64,000 nucleotides of DNA, taken from the NCBI GenBank assembly GCA_963843325.1, contig CAWJKC010000003.1, positions 591,320 to 655,319 on the forward strand. Reading direction: 5' to 3'. Under the pieces are notes generated by a model. The model did not search any database, was not told where the DNA came from, and worked only from the letters and a program-made list of their open reading frames with translations. Made by a program: the position numbers and the translations under genes. The DNA is from an uncultured Acidobacteriota bacterium (GTDB lineage: Bacteria > Acidobacteriota > Thermoanaerobaculia > UBA5066 > Gp7-AA6). Every line of letters begins with the position of its first letter. The stretch's first letter is position 1. Below, piece after piece: positions 19,292-30,425 of the stretch.

Positions 19292-19777
19292 TTATCCGTT
19301 TTCGTCCGCCGAAGGTCCGTAGATGGCCGGCACCTTCGCGCCCATCGGCCGCAGGTAACTCGACAGCTGCCCGCGGTGGTGGATCGCGTCGAACAGGAAG
19401 CCGTAGAGCATGTCTCCGACCGGCGCCTCCCACACGACGTTGCCGTCCATCAGGAACTGTGCGTTCTTCTCCCAGGCCGCATCGTCCAGCTTCGCGAGGC
19501 GCTTCTCGAGCTCGCCCGCGTTCTTCTCGAACGCGGCAACCGCGTTTTCGATCTTCGCCGGGGCCGGCTTCAGGGAAAAATTGACCTTCCCGTTGTCGAC
19601 GATCTCGCAGGCGTCGCCCCACTCGCTGGCCACGAGCCACACGATGTCGCCGGCGGTGCTGCACTTGTCGTGCGGGCGGTACGACTTCTTGTCGTCGGGC
19701 ACGGCTTGCAGCACCTTCACGAACCGGGGCTTTTCGGACTTGAAGCTGTCGACGAAGAATTCACGCGCATTTTTCAT
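19292..19777 (-). CDS. DinB family protein
   Basis: C-terminal HHRGQLSSYLRPMGAKVPAIYGPS. Confidence 0.9.
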   Translation of the reverse strand: MKNAREFFVDSFKSEKPRFVKVLQAVPDDKKSYRPHDKCSTAGDIVWLVASEWGDACEIVDNGKVNFSLKPAPAKIENAVAAFEKNAGELEKRLAKLDDAAWEKNAQFLMDGNVVWEAPVGDMLYGFLFDAIHHRGQLSSYLRPMGAKVPAIYGPSADENG

Positions 19778-19812
19778 CTCTCACGCTCCTTTCAGACCTG
19801 GAACTACGATAC

Positions 19813-21462
19813 TCATCGCTTCTCCGATTCCTTACGGACGTCGGGGGTGTAGGGTTTGACCCAGTCGCCGCACAGCGGCCGCAGCTCTCCGAGCGGCTCC
19901 ACGGGAAAGCTGTCCGCCGAGGCCGACGCGAGCCGCGCCGAGTCGCTCAGGTCGAAGAGCCCGATGCTGACCGGGTTCAGGGGCTTTGCGGAGGGCACCG
20001 CGACCTGCTCCCGCGAAATCCCGATGGTTCCGAGATACCGCTCGATGCTGCGCCGCGCGGGATGGAACGGCGGAACGCTCGAGGCGAAGAACCAGACGCG
20101 CGACCTTCCTCGCAACCGGTCGACGTCGCGGAGGTAGGGTCTCAGGTCGTCCCGCCAGCAACCGCCCACCACGTAGTCCTCGGGCGAAAGCCCGTACTCG
20201 GCGCCGTACCGCTCGATCGCGCCATAGGGGTTGGGAAACACGTAGACGACGTCGCCGGGCTGTCGGTGCGCGCGCAGAAAGGCGAGAACGGTCTTGTAGT
20301 CCTCGACGCGGTAGGGCGGCGGCGTTTCGACGAGCGCCAGCGCCGGCGCCACGAGCAGGAGGGCCATCACGACGCCTCCGACGGCGGGATGGAGCCGGGA
20401 CGCTCCGCGCCGGATTCCCTCCGCCGCCTGGGCCGCGGCGAGGACGAAGGACGGAAGCAGAAACAGGATCAGGCGGGTCCGAAACGGGTACTGGTGCGCC
20501 ACGGCGGCGAGGACGGTCACTCCGATCGGGCCGAGCAGGACGAGCGCCTTGAACCGGTCGCGACGCCAGAGCAGCACCATTCCCACGATGACGAGCACGC
20601 TGTAGAGCGCGGGCAACCGATACTGCAGCATCATCTCGTCTTCGAACAACTGCGTCAGGCGGTCCCAGAGCCAGAGCAGGTCGCTCGGCTTCTTCACCGG
20701 CCACGGGAAGAAGCTGGCGCGAGTGCGCCAGAACTGGTCCATGAACGCCCGGGTCGCGGGCGTGATGTGGCGGATGGAAACCGCCGTCGCGGCGAGCGCG
20801 GCCACCGCCCAGATCGGCACCGTCGTCCGGATCGCGCGCAGCGTCGCCCGGTCGCGATCGCGGAGCCACGCGAGCACGAGCGCCGCGCCGAGGCCCGCCA
20901 CCACCAGGACGCTCGCCTGGGAAAACCAGACGAACACGGCGCCGGCGATTCCCGCGAGGGCCGCCCGCGCCCGGGTCGCATCGGCCTCGCGCAGCCGGAG
21001 CGCGATCAGACTGAGCGCGAGCGTCGCCGTGAGGTCGAGGCCGTACTGCTTGACCTCGGCCGAAAAGCGAATGAAGGGCGCGCCGATGGCGAACAGCGCC
21101 ACGGCAAACGGGACCGCGTAACCGTCGAGCAGCCGCCGGGCCAGCAGCAGGAAGAGCGGCAGCGCCGCCAGGCCGCACAGCATCGGGAACAGCCGCAGCG
21201 CGAGGTCGCTCGGACCGAAGACCTGGCTGACGAGCTTCTCGGAGACGATGAATCCCACGGGCGCGACCTGGTTGTACGCGAGCGGCTCCAGCAGCAGCTG
21301 CCCGGCGGAACGGTGAGTGAGGTTGCGCGCGATCGAGAGCTCGTCGAACCAGAGCGACGTGTCCGACGCGTACTGAAAGATCCGCAGGGCCACGCCGAGG
21401 CCGAGGAGCGCCAGGAGAAAGGGCCGGCGGCAGAGAAAGGGAACGGGGGTGGCGGAGGCCAT
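19813..21462 (-). CDS. GT-C membrane glycosyltransferase (family 39-like)
   Basis: SLWFDE, QVAPVGF, FSAEVKQY motifs; multiple TM segments; start MASATPVP. Confidence 0.8.
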   Translation of the reverse strand: MASATPVPFLCRRPFLLALLGLGVALRIFQYASDTSLWFDELSIARNLTHRSAGQLLLEPLAYNQVAPVGFIVSEKLVSQVFGPSDLALRLFPMLCGLAALPLFLLLARRLLDGYAVPFAVALFAIGAPFIRFSAEVKQYGLDLTATLALSLIALRLREADATRARAALAGIAGAVFVWFSQASVLVVAGLGAALVLAWLRDRDRATLRAIRTTVPIWAVAALAATAVSIRHITPATRAFMDQFWRTRASFFPWPVKKPSDLLWLWDRLTQLFEDEMMLQYRLPALYSVLVIVGMVLLWRRDRFKALVLLGPIGVTVLAAVAHQYPFRTRLILFLLPSFVLAAAQAAEGIRRGASRLHPAVGGVVMALLLVAPALALVETPPPYRVEDYKTVLAFLRAHRQPGDVVYVFPNPYGAIERYGAEYGLSPEDYVVGGCWRDDLRPYLRDVDRLRGRSRVWFFASSVPPFHPARRSIERYLGTIGISREQVAVPSAKPLNPVSIGLFDLSDSARLASASADSFPVEPLGELRPLCGDWVKPYTPDVRKESEKR

Positions 21463-21467
21463 CCCGG

Positions 21468-22286
21468 CTACTTCTTGTGCGGGACGTGCGGGCGACCGAA
21501 GATCTCGTCGTACTCCGGCCAGTCGTCCACCAGGCGCAGGCCGAAGCCCGGCGCGGTCCGCGCGGCCGGCGCGCTCTCGACGTTGCGCACGACGCGGCCG
21601 GTCAGCGCGAGCTTGCGCCCGCCCGGAAGGTTGACCGTCAACCGCACCACGGGCCCGGTCCCCGGCGCGAGGTTCGAGCGGACGAACATGCCGCGCCGCG
21701 AGATGTCGCCGGTGACGCCCGCACCCTGCAGCGCGCCCTGGCTGAACTCGACCGTCATCTCGGCCTTGCGGCGCCGTATGGTGCGTGTCTGCTGCGTTCC
21801 GATCTTGCCGCGGCGCTTGGCCGCCGTCGGACCGCTTTTGGCCGCCGCGGCCGATACCGGCTCCTCGCGCGGAAATTCCACGCGGTCGATGCGGCCGGAG
21901 ACCATGCGGTCGTCGACCGGAACGAGACAGCGGAACGCGATCGGGAAGATGGAAGCATGCTCCTTCGCGAGCGCCCTCCACTGTTCCGACAGCACCTGCT
22001 CCGCCGGCGGGTCGTCGAACCAGAACGAGACGGGACCGGTCGTCGTGAGGATCACGGGCTGCAGGTAGTCCACGCCGCCGCTCTCGGCCGGAAAGCAGAA
22101 CCCGCCGTGGCGCGACGCGTCGAAAAGCTCGAACTCCGTCGCGGCAAGGAAAATCTCGTCGTCGGCCTGGGACAGCGCGTGGCGGTCGGTCGGCGAGACC
22201 ATGGCGTCGGCGCCGCTTCCCCCCTCGTAGCGCCAGACGAGGCTGGCGACGAGGTCTTCGACCGTCAGGTCGACGAGCCGTTTCAC
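21468..22286 (-). CDS. PilZ domain protein (unknown N-terminal domain plus C-terminal PilZ)
   Basis: RTIRR (RxxxR) and GDISRRG (DxSxxG) motifs; GRVVR...PGFGLRL. Confidence 0.8.
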   Translation of the reverse strand: MKRLVDLTVEDLVASLVWRYEGGSGADAMVSPTDRHALSQADDEIFLAATEFELFDASRHGGFCFPAESGGVDYLQPVILTTTGPVSFWFDDPPAEQVLSEQWRALAKEHASIFPIAFRCLVPVDDRMVSGRIDRVEFPREEPVSAAAAKSGPTAAKRRGKIGTQQTRTIRRRKAEMTVEFSQGALQGAGVTGDISRRGMFVRSNLAPGTGPVVRLTVNLPGGRKLALTGRVVRNVESAPAARTAPGFGLRLVDDWPEYDEIFGRPHVPHKK

Positions 22287-22351
22287 GCGCGTAGGTTATG
22301 TCAGGAACGCCCCGAAGGTGCGAAACCCTTTCGGCGGGCCGGCGTATAGGG

Positions 22352-22368
22352 ATGTAGGCTGTCTACAT
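22352..22368 (+). promoter_or_regulatory. Putative PadR operator overlapping the -10 box and start codon
   Basis: ATGTAG-GCTGT-CTACAT palindrome; TAGGCT lies 6 nt before ATG 22367. Confidence 0.55.
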
Positions 22369-22738
22369 GGTTGACCAAAAGCCCTACCAGAACCCGATCG
22401 AGCTGCTCCAGGGAACCCTGGACCTGCTGGTCCTGCAGACGCTGACCTGGGGACCGCAGCACGGCTACGGGATCGCCCACGTGATCCGGGCCGGCTCGCG
22501 CGAAGCCCTGCAGGTGGATACCGGCTCGCTCTACCCCGCGCTGCACCGACTGGAGCGCGAAGGCGCCGTGGCGTCCGAGTGGAAGACCTCCGAAAACAAG
22601 CAGCGCGTGAAGGTCTACCGGCTCACGCCGCAGGGCCGGCGGAAGCTCACGCAGGAGCGCTCGCGCTGGGACCGCCTGATGGAAGCGATGTCGGGAGTCC
22701 TCGACGCCCCGAAGGCGCCGGAGCCGGGGGAGGCATGA
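22367..22738 (+). CDS. PadR family transcriptional regulator (acidobacterial type)
   Basis: [11 protein letters not shown]...HGYGIA...[11 protein letters not shown]...YRLT. Confidence 0.95.
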   Translation: MVDQKPYQNPIELLQGTLDLLVLQTLTWGPQHGYGIAHVIRAGSREALQVDTGSLYPALHRLEREGAVASEWKTSENKQRVKVYRLTPQGRRKLTQERSRWDRLMEAMSGVLDAPKAPEPGEA

Positions 22739-25347
22739 ACCGGCGCCGCCGCGAGCGGGAACTGGACGAGGAGATCGCCGCGCATCTGGCCATGGCCGTG
22801 GCCGATCGCGTCGCCCGCGGACAGAGCCCGAAGGAAGCCGAGGCCGCCGCGCGGCGCGAGCTCGGCAACGAGGCGATCGTCAAGGAGACGACCCGCGCCC
22901 AGTGGGGCCGAGGATCCTTCGAGCGGCTCGCGCAGGATGTGCGCTACGGCCTGCGCCTGCTGCGGCGCTCGCCCGGATTCGCGGCGGTTGCCATCGTCAC
23001 GCTCGCGCTCGGCATCGGCGCCAACACCGCGATCCTCTCGGTCGTGGACGCGATCCTCCTTCGCCCGCTCCCCTACGCCGACCCCTCGCGCCTCGTCGTG
23101 CTCCTCCACGACGGCCGCAATCCCGTCGCGCCGGCGAACTACCTCGACTGGAAGAAGAGCGCAGCCGCTCCTTCGAGAGCATGGGCGCCGCGGAAAACTG
23201 GTCGGCGAATCTGACCGGCGGCGGCACGCCGGAGAAAGTCCCGGCCCTGCGCATGACGCCGGAGATCCTTCCGATGCTCGGCGTCGCGGCCTGCGCTCGG
23301 GCGCTTCTTTCTGCCTTCGGAGGCAACGGCGGGCCAGGACCACGTGGTTCTGCTCGGCGACGGTCTCTGGCGGCGGCGGTTCGGCGCGGACCCGAACGTC
23401 GTCGGCACGTCCGTGCAGCTGAACGGCCAGCCGTACGCCGTCGTCGGCGTCATGCCTCCGGGGTTCCTGTTCGCTCCCTTCTGGACCGCGGAGTCCGAGA
23501 TGTGGGCACCGCTCGACCTCCAGGCGCGCGCCGCCAGCCGCGATGGCTCGAGCCTGCGCATCTTCGGCCGCCGGAGAAAAGACGTCTCGCTCTCCGCGGC
23601 CCGCGCCGAGATCGCCGCGATCACAGCCGCGCTGGAACGGGATTTCCCCGGCACGAACCGGCGGGTGACGGTCACGCCCCTCCACGAGAAGGTCGTCGGC
23701 AACGTCCGGCCCGCGTTGCTGGTGTTGCTCGGCGCCGTCGGGCTCGTCCTTCTCATCGCCTGCGCGAACGTCGCGAACATGCTGCTCGCGCGCTCCTCCG
23801 CGCGCCAGCGCGAGATCGCTTTGCGCGCCGCGCTCGGCGCCGGCCGCGGCCGGACGATCCGGCAGCTGCTGACCGAGTCGCTCGTCCTCGCGGCGCTCGG
23901 AGGCGTGGCCGGCGCCGCGCTCGGCGCCTGGTCCCTCAAGGCCCTCGTCGCGCTCGCGCCCGCGTCGATCCCGCGCCTGACCGACGTGCACCTCGACGGG
24001 CGCGTCCTGTTCGCGACTTTCGCGGCGTCGCTCGCGACCGGAATCGTCTTCGGCCTCGCACCCGCGCTCCAGGCGTCGAGCGTGCACCTCCAGGACGCGC
24101 TCAAGGAGGGCGGCGCGGCCGGCGCAGGTCGCGAGGGCGGACGCGTGCGCCGCGTGTTCGTCGCCGCCGAGGTCGCGATCGCCCTGGTGCTCCTGGTGGG
24201 CGCCGGCCTGATGACACGCAGCTTCCTCGCCCTCCAGGCGATCGACCCGGGTTTCGATCCGCGCGGCGTCATCACGTTCGAGGTCTCCGTCGCCGGCACG
24301 CGGCAGGCGGAGCCCGGACGCCGCCCCATCCTCTACCGGCAGATCCTGGAGCGGATCGCGGCGCTGCCCGGCGTCCGCTCGGCCGGCGCCATCAACCACA
24401 TCCCCATCGCAGGCGACATCTGGGGCTTCCCCTATCGGATCGAAGGCCGGCCCAAACCTGGACCCGGCGAATCGCCGGTGGCGACCTACCGTGCCGTGAT
24501 GCCCGGCTACTTCGCCTCGATGCGCCTGCCCATCCTGCGCGGCCGCGATGTGTCGGCGATGGACACGGCCGACGCGCCGGGCGTGGTCCTCGTGAGCGAC
24601 TACCTGGCCCGGAATGCGTGGCCCGGCGAAGACCCGATCGGCAAGCGCATCTCCCTCGACGGGACGGACGACGACCCGAAGTGGGTGACGGTGATCGGCG
24701 TCGTGAAGGACACGGTTCGCTCCGCGTGGAACAATCCTCCGGAGGACGAGGTGTATCTGTCGGTCCTCCAGCGCCCCGGGCTGGTCGGGTCGCAGGAGAC
24801 TCAGGCGGCATACCTCACCTTCGTCGCCCGCGCCGACGGCGATCCCGCGGCGCTGGCACCCTCGCTGCGCGCTGCCGTCTGGGGGCTCGACCCGACGCTG
24901 CCCATCTCGCAGGTCCTCACGATGGAGCAGATCGTCGCGAGCGCGAACGCGCGGGCGCGCTTCCAGATGCTCCTGCTCGCGGCGTTCGCGGTCGCGGCAG
25001 CCCTGCTCGCCGCCGTCGGCATCTACGGCGTCATGAGCTACGCCGTCGCCCGGCGCACGCGCGAGATCGGTCTGCGCATGGCCCTCGGGGCGAAACCGCG
25101 GGACGTCCTGCGCCTGGTCGTCGGACAGGGCATGACGGTCGCGCTGGCCGGCGCCGGGGTCGGGATCGCCGCGGCCCTGCTGCTGACGCGGCTGATGTCG
25201 AGCGTTCTCTATGGCGTGCGTCCCACGGACCCGGTGACGTACGCGGGCGTGGCCCTGCTTCTGCTGGCGATCGCGTTGCTCGCCAGCTACCTGCCGGCGC
25301 GCCGCGCGGCGCACATCGACCCGGGCAAGGCGCTGCGCGCGGAGTAG
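22735..25347 (+). CDS. ADOP-type duplicated ABC permease (MacB/FtsX) with N-terminal prefix domain; frameshifts near 23160-23320
   Basis: [10 protein letters not shown]...ARRELGN prefix, [37 protein letters not shown]; ATGA overlap with PadR. Confidence 0.9.
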
Positions 25348-25368
25348 ACGCCCCGGTACAATCGGGCC

Positions 25369-26235
25369 ATGCTCCGCCGTTTCGCCCTTGCCGGCGCCGC
25401 CCTGCTCGCGGCGGCAGCGTCCTTCGCCGCCGCCTCTCCCGCCCCTCCCGCGCCCGCCACGGCCTCGGGCACGTTCGAGGACGCGAAGTTCAAGCTCGAG
25501 ATCGGGGGCGCATACGCCTACTGGGGCAAGACGGGAGGGTTCGGCGACGACACCGTGATCCGCGTGGCCGTCTCCAACGCCGGGTTCAAGGCTTCGTCCC
25601 TCGACGCCTTCTACGACAAGGCCGGCGCGATCCGCTCGCGCTTCGCCGACGAGGACGCCAAGGTCGTGAACTTCGAGTTCGATCCGAACGGCAAGTACAC
25701 CGGTCTGTCGTACTACTTCGAATCCGGCGACGGCTGCGGCTTCTGCTACGACTCGAAGGTCAAGTCCACCGTCAAGGTCTCCGGCGGCCGCCTCGCGGGG
25801 ACCGTCTCCTACAAGGGCGACGACCGGCAGTTCGACGTGACCTTCGACGTCCCGATGCCCCCGAAGGCCTGGGGCGATCCGCTTCCGAAGGACGGCGGCG
25901 CGCCCGGCAAGGCGTGGCTCGCGTACCACGCGGCCCTCGAGGCCCGGGACAAGAAGGCGCTCTACGCCCTGCTCGACGCGGACATGAAGGCGATGTGGGC
26001 GCAGGACGAGAAGGAAGGCGACCTCGACGGTTGGATCGAGTACCTCTGGCACGACCAGCACACGATGCTCAAGACCATCCAGGTGGGCGGCGGCTTCGTC
26101 AACGGCGACCGCGCCGTGGTGCTCTTCACCGGAAGCAACTCGTTCATCGACCACCTCTACGGCGAGGCCCTCCTGCGCCGGGAGGACGGCGCCTGGCTCG
26201 TCCACACGGACATGGTCGACGTGGGCGAGCGCTAA
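25369..26235 (+). CDS. Secreted two-domain hypothetical protein (C-terminal NTF2/DUF4878-like)
   Basis: Signal peptide; host-like codon use; CGFC motif; ends EALLRREDGAWLV. Confidence 0.75.
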   Translation: MLRRFALAGAALLAAAASFAAASPAPPAPATASGTFEDAKFKLEIGGAYAYWGKTGGFGDDTVIRVAVSNAGFKASSLDAFYDKAGAIRSRFADEDAKVVNFEFDPNGKYTGLSYYFESGDGCGFCYDSKVKSTVKVSGGRLAGTVSYKGDDRQFDVTFDVPMPPKAWGDPLPKDGGAPGKAWLAYHAALEARDKKALYALLDADMKAMWAQDEKEGDLDGWIEYLWHDQHTMLKTIQVGGGFVNGDRAVVLFTGSNSFIDHLYGEALLRREDGAWLVHTDMVDVGER

Positions 26236-26321
26236 GCCCGGCCCGCAGTCTCTTCGGGTAATTCGCGCGCGCAGCGGAACCCTGGCCCGCCCGCTGCGTC
26301 TCCAGTCTCTGGAGGTGCGCT

Positions 26322-28746
26322 ATGGCAGAGCTCTGGCAGGACATTCGGTACGGACTTCGGGTCCTGGCCAAGAGCCCCGGCTTCACGGCCGCCGCGGTCG
26401 TCGTCCTCGCGCTCGGCATCGGGGCGAACACGGCGATCTTCAGCGTCGTCAACGCCGTCCTGCTCAAGTCCGCTCCCCTTCCGCGACGCCGACCGCATCG
26501 TCTCGGTCCCCCACGTGCCCCCGCAGGACATCTTCCCGGGCATGAAGACCTTCTCGGTCTCGCCCGCGAACTACTACGACTGGAAGGCGCCAGAACGACG
26601 TGTTCGAGCGGATGTCCATCTATACGGACGGCTCGGTCATCCTCACGGGATCGGGCCGGCCCGAGTCGCTGGCCGCCGGTTTCGTCTCGAGCGAGTTCTT
26701 CGCGGTCCTCGGCGTCCAGCCGCTGCTCGGCCGCCTGTTCGCCGAGGGCGACGACGAGCCCGGGCGCAACGTGGCCGTCCTTTCGGAGGAGCTGTGGAAG
26801 ATCGCGTTTTGGCGGCAGTCCGTCCGCCGTGGGTACCGCGATCGTCGTCAACGGCGAGAGCTCCACGATCGTCGGCGTCGTCCCGAAGGGGCTGGCCTAT
26901 CCCGCGGGCACGCAGATCTGGGTACCCCTCGTCTTCACGCCGGAAGTGCGCGCCCTGCGCGGCATCCACGACTTCCTGGTCCTCGCGCGCCTGAAGAAGG
27001 GGACGACGCTCGCGGGCGCGCGCGCCGCAGATGAACGCGATCTCCGCGCGGCTCGAGGCGACGTACCCGAAGGACGACAAGGGCTGGGGCGCCGCGGTCA
27101 TCCCGCTGCACGAAGACCTCGTCGGAGACGTGCGTCCGGCGCTGCTCGTGCTGCTCGGCGCCGTCGGGTGCGTGCTGCTCATCGCCTGCGCCAACGTGGC
27201 CAACCTCGTCCTCGCGCGGACGCTCGGGCGCCGCAAGGAGATCGCCGTGCGCGCGGCCCTGGGCGCCAGCCGCGCGCGGATCGTCCGCCAGCTCTTCGCC
27301 GAGACCACCATCCTCGCGCTCGCCGGCGGCATCCTCGGGATCGCTGTCGCCGTGGCCGGCGTCGGACTGCTCCTCTCGTCGTTTCTCGGTGAGCACATGC
27401 CGCGGGCTTCCGAGATCCGCGTCGACGCGCCGGTGCTCGCCTTCACGTTCGGGATCGCGCTCGTCACGGGGATACTCGCCGGGATGATCCCGGCCTGGCG
27501 CCTGACGCGCGAGGACCCGAACGAGGCGCTCAAGCAGGGCGGCCGCGCGGACGCCGACGCGGGCAGTCCGATCGCCCGCAGCGCGCTCGTCGTCGCGGAA
27601 GTCGCGCTGGCGCTCGTGCTGCTCATCGGCGCGGGCCTTCTCGTGCGCAGCCTCGGACGCCTGCGGGGCGTGAACCCGGGCTTCGACCCGCGCCACGTCC
27701 TGAGCGCCTACGTCTCGCTGCCCGACGGAAAGTACGCGACGCCCGAAGCGCGCAAGGCGTTCTTCGAGCGGGCGCTCGAGCGCGTCCGGGCGCTGCCCGG
27801 CGTCGAGTCCGCGGGCATGATGAACACCATTCCCCTGACCGACGGCGGATCCACCCAGCCGATCGCGGTCGAGGGACGCCCGGCCGCGAGCCTCGCCGAG
27901 CAGCCGGAGGTCGCCGTGCGCGTGCTCGCGCCGGGGACGCTGAAGACGCTTGGCATCCGCCTCGTGCGCGGGCGCGACTTCGCCGGCGCGGACGACGGCC
28001 GTGCGCCAGCCGCGATCCTCGTGAGCGAGGCCCTGGCCCGGCGGTTCTGGCCCGGCGAAGACGCCGTCGGCAAGCGCCTCACGCTGACGTTCTACCCGGG
28101 CGTCGTGCGCGAGGTCGTCGGCGTCGTCGGCGACGTGAAGCTGCGCGGCCTCGCGCAGACGCAGCCCCTCGACGCGCTCTACGCCCCGTACGCGCAGATG
28201 CCCCGCGGCACCATGTCGCTGCTCGTCCGCACGGCGCAGGACCCGCGCAGCGTGGCCGGGGCGCTCGAAGCCGCCGTGCACGCGATCGACCCGGAGCAGC
28301 CCGTCGAGGACGTCAAGACGATGGAGGAGCAGCTCGGCGCCTCGCTCGCGCACGCGCGCTTCAACATGATGCTGCTCGCCGTGTTCGCCGGCCTGGCGCT
28401 GCTGCTCTCGGCCGTCGGCATCTACAGCGTGCTGTCCTACAACGTCCGCCGGCGCACGCGCGAGATCGGCATCCGGATGGCGCTCGGCGCCGACGGACAG
28501 AACGTCGTGCGGCTCATCGTGCTCGACGGCATGCGCCCGGCCCTCATCGGCCTGGCGATCGGCCTCGCGGCCTCGCTCGCCCTCGGCCGCGCGCTCGAGA
28601 GCCTCGTCTTCGGCATCCGCGCGACCGATCCGCTCACGTTCGCGGCCGTCACCGCGCTGCTGGGGCTCGTCGCCCTGACGGCCTGCGCCCTGCCCGCGTG
28701 GCGCGCGTCGCGCGTCGAGCCCACGGCCGCGCTGCAGGAGGGGTAG
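26322..28746 (+). CDS. ADOP-type duplicated ABC permease without prefix domain; several frameshifts at 26470-27030
   Basis: [52 protein letters not shown]; GGAGG RBS. Confidence 0.9.
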
Positions 28747-28787
28747 ACGCCGCTCGGCTAAGATCCCGGCAGTTTTCGGGAGGCTCG

Positions 28788-30254
28788 ATGCCTGTCTGCC
28801 GGCGATTCCTGTCCGCTTTTCTCGTCCTGCTGGCCGGCGCGGCCGCCGGGCTCGGACAATCCGCTTCGGCGCCGATCGCCCAGGATCCGCGCGTCGCGTC
28901 GGCGCTCGAGCTCGCGCGCGCCTGGCTCGAGGCCCAGCGCGCCTACGAGCGGATCCCCGGCATCTCCGTCGCGATCGTTCGCGACCAGGACCTGCTCTGG
29001 GAGGGCGGGTTCGGGCAGGCGGACGTCGCCGACGGCCGGCCGGCGGCCGCCGACACGCTCTACAGCATCTGCTCGATCTCCAAGCTGTTCACCAGCATCG
29101 CAGTCATGCAGCAGCGTGATGCCGGGAAGCTGAGCCTCGACGACCCGGTCGGCCGGCAGCTGCCCTGGTTCCACCTGAAGCACACCGAAGGCGAGGGCGA
29201 CGTCACGATCGAGGGTCTGCTCACGCACGCCTCCGGGCTGCCGCAGGAGCCGAACATCGCGTACTGGTCGGCGCCGGACTTTCCGTTCCCCACTCGCGAG
29301 GAGATCGTCGCGAAGGTCCCGACCATCGATGCGCTCTACGCGCCCGAGTTGAACTTCCAGTATTCGAACATCGGATTCACACTGCTGGGCGAGATCGTCG
29401 AGGCCACGTCCGGGCAGGCGTACGGGGCTTATGCGAACGAGAAGATCCTCGCACCCCTCGGCCTGACCAGCACGACACCTGAAATCCCGGTTGCCGAGCG
29501 GGGCAAGCGCCTGGCGGTCGGCTATTCGTCGCGCGACCGCGAGGGCAAGCGCCAGCCGCTGCCCTTCTTCACGATCAACGCCGTCGCGCCCGCGGCGGGC
29601 TACGCCTCCGACGTCTCCGACCTCGCCCGCTTCGCATCGTGGCAGTTCCGCCTGCTCGCCAGCGGCGGCACGGAGGTGCTGAAAGCGACGACGCTGCGCG
29701 AGATGCAGCGCATCCACTGGGCCGAGCCCGACTTCGAGATGCTCTGGGGCCTCGGGTTCCACATCTGGCGCAGCGGCGACAAGACCTTCGTCGGCCACGA
29801 CGGCAGCTGTCCGGGATTTCGCACGGCGCTCCTGATCAGTCGCACCGACAAGATCGCGACGGTGTTCCTCGCGAACGCGCAGAGCCTCGACTCGCAGGAC
29901 TGGGCGCAGAAGCTCTACGACATCGTGGCGCCTGCCGTCGCGGCCGCCGTCAAGGAGCCGGGCAAGGGCAAGACCCCGGACGCGTCGCTCCGCGCGTACG
30001 CCGGAACGTACGACGCGCAACCGTGGGCGGGCGAGGTCGTCGTGCTGCCGTGGGAAGAAGGGATCGCGCTGCTCGAGCTGCCGACGATGACTCCCATGAA
30101 GGACCTCGAGCGATTCAAGAAGACCGGCGAGAACCGGTTCCGGCGGATCCGCAAGGACGAGTCGCTCGGCGAGGAAGTGGTGTTCGAAATGGGGGCGGAC
30201 GGCCGCCCGGTGCGGTTCGTCCGGCACAGCAACGTGTTGAGGCGGGTGCGGTAG
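28788..30254 (+). CDS. Serine hydrolase, beta-lactamase family, secreted
   Basis: SISK, YSN and HDG motifs; signal peptide. Confidence 0.9.
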   Translation: MPVCRRFLSAFLVLLAGAAAGLGQSASAPIAQDPRVASALELARAWLEAQRAYERIPGISVAIVRDQDLLWEGGFGQADVADGRPAAADTLYSICSISKLFTSIAVMQQRDAGKLSLDDPVGRQLPWFHLKHTEGEGDVTIEGLLTHASGLPQEPNIAYWSAPDFPFPTREEIVAKVPTIDALYAPELNFQYSNIGFTLLGEIVEATSGQAYGAYANEKILAPLGLTSTTPEIPVAERGKRLAVGYSSRDREGKRQPLPFFTINAVAPAAGYASDVSDLARFASWQFRLLASGGTEVLKATTLREMQRIHWAEPDFEMLWGLGFHIWRSGDKTFVGHDGSCPGFRTALLISRTDKIATVFLANAQSLDSQDWAQKLYDIVAPAVAAAVKEPGKGKTPDASLRAYAGTYDAQPWAGEVVVLPWEEGIALLELPTMTPMKDLERFKKTGENRFRRIRKDESLGEEVVFEMGADGRPVRFVRHSNVLRRVR

Positions 30255-30297
30255 GAGGTCGACCGATCGACTACTACTCACCCCAATCACACGCGCA

Positions 30298-30405
30298 TCG
30301 GTGCCGTAGGGGCGGGGCTTGCCCCGCGCGGGCGACGATCTCGAAAAGCAAAACTTCCCGCCGCAAGTCGCCGGGGCGGCCCGAGGGCCGTCCCTACGGC
30401 ACCGA
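30298..30405. repeat. GTAG-type REP doublet (REPIN-like), copy 2
   Basis: Perfect 14-bp terminal IR TCGGTGCCGTAGGG/CCCTACGGCACCGA; lies between convergent genes. Confidence 0.8.
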
Positions 30406-30425
30406 GGAACGGTCTCGCGACAGCG

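Noticed and set aside
985-30254. Serine hydrolases and the MBL-fold gene as bona fide antibiotic resistance genes
   Set aside because: Only fold-level motifs are present, and these families are mostly peptidases, esterases or other hydrolases.
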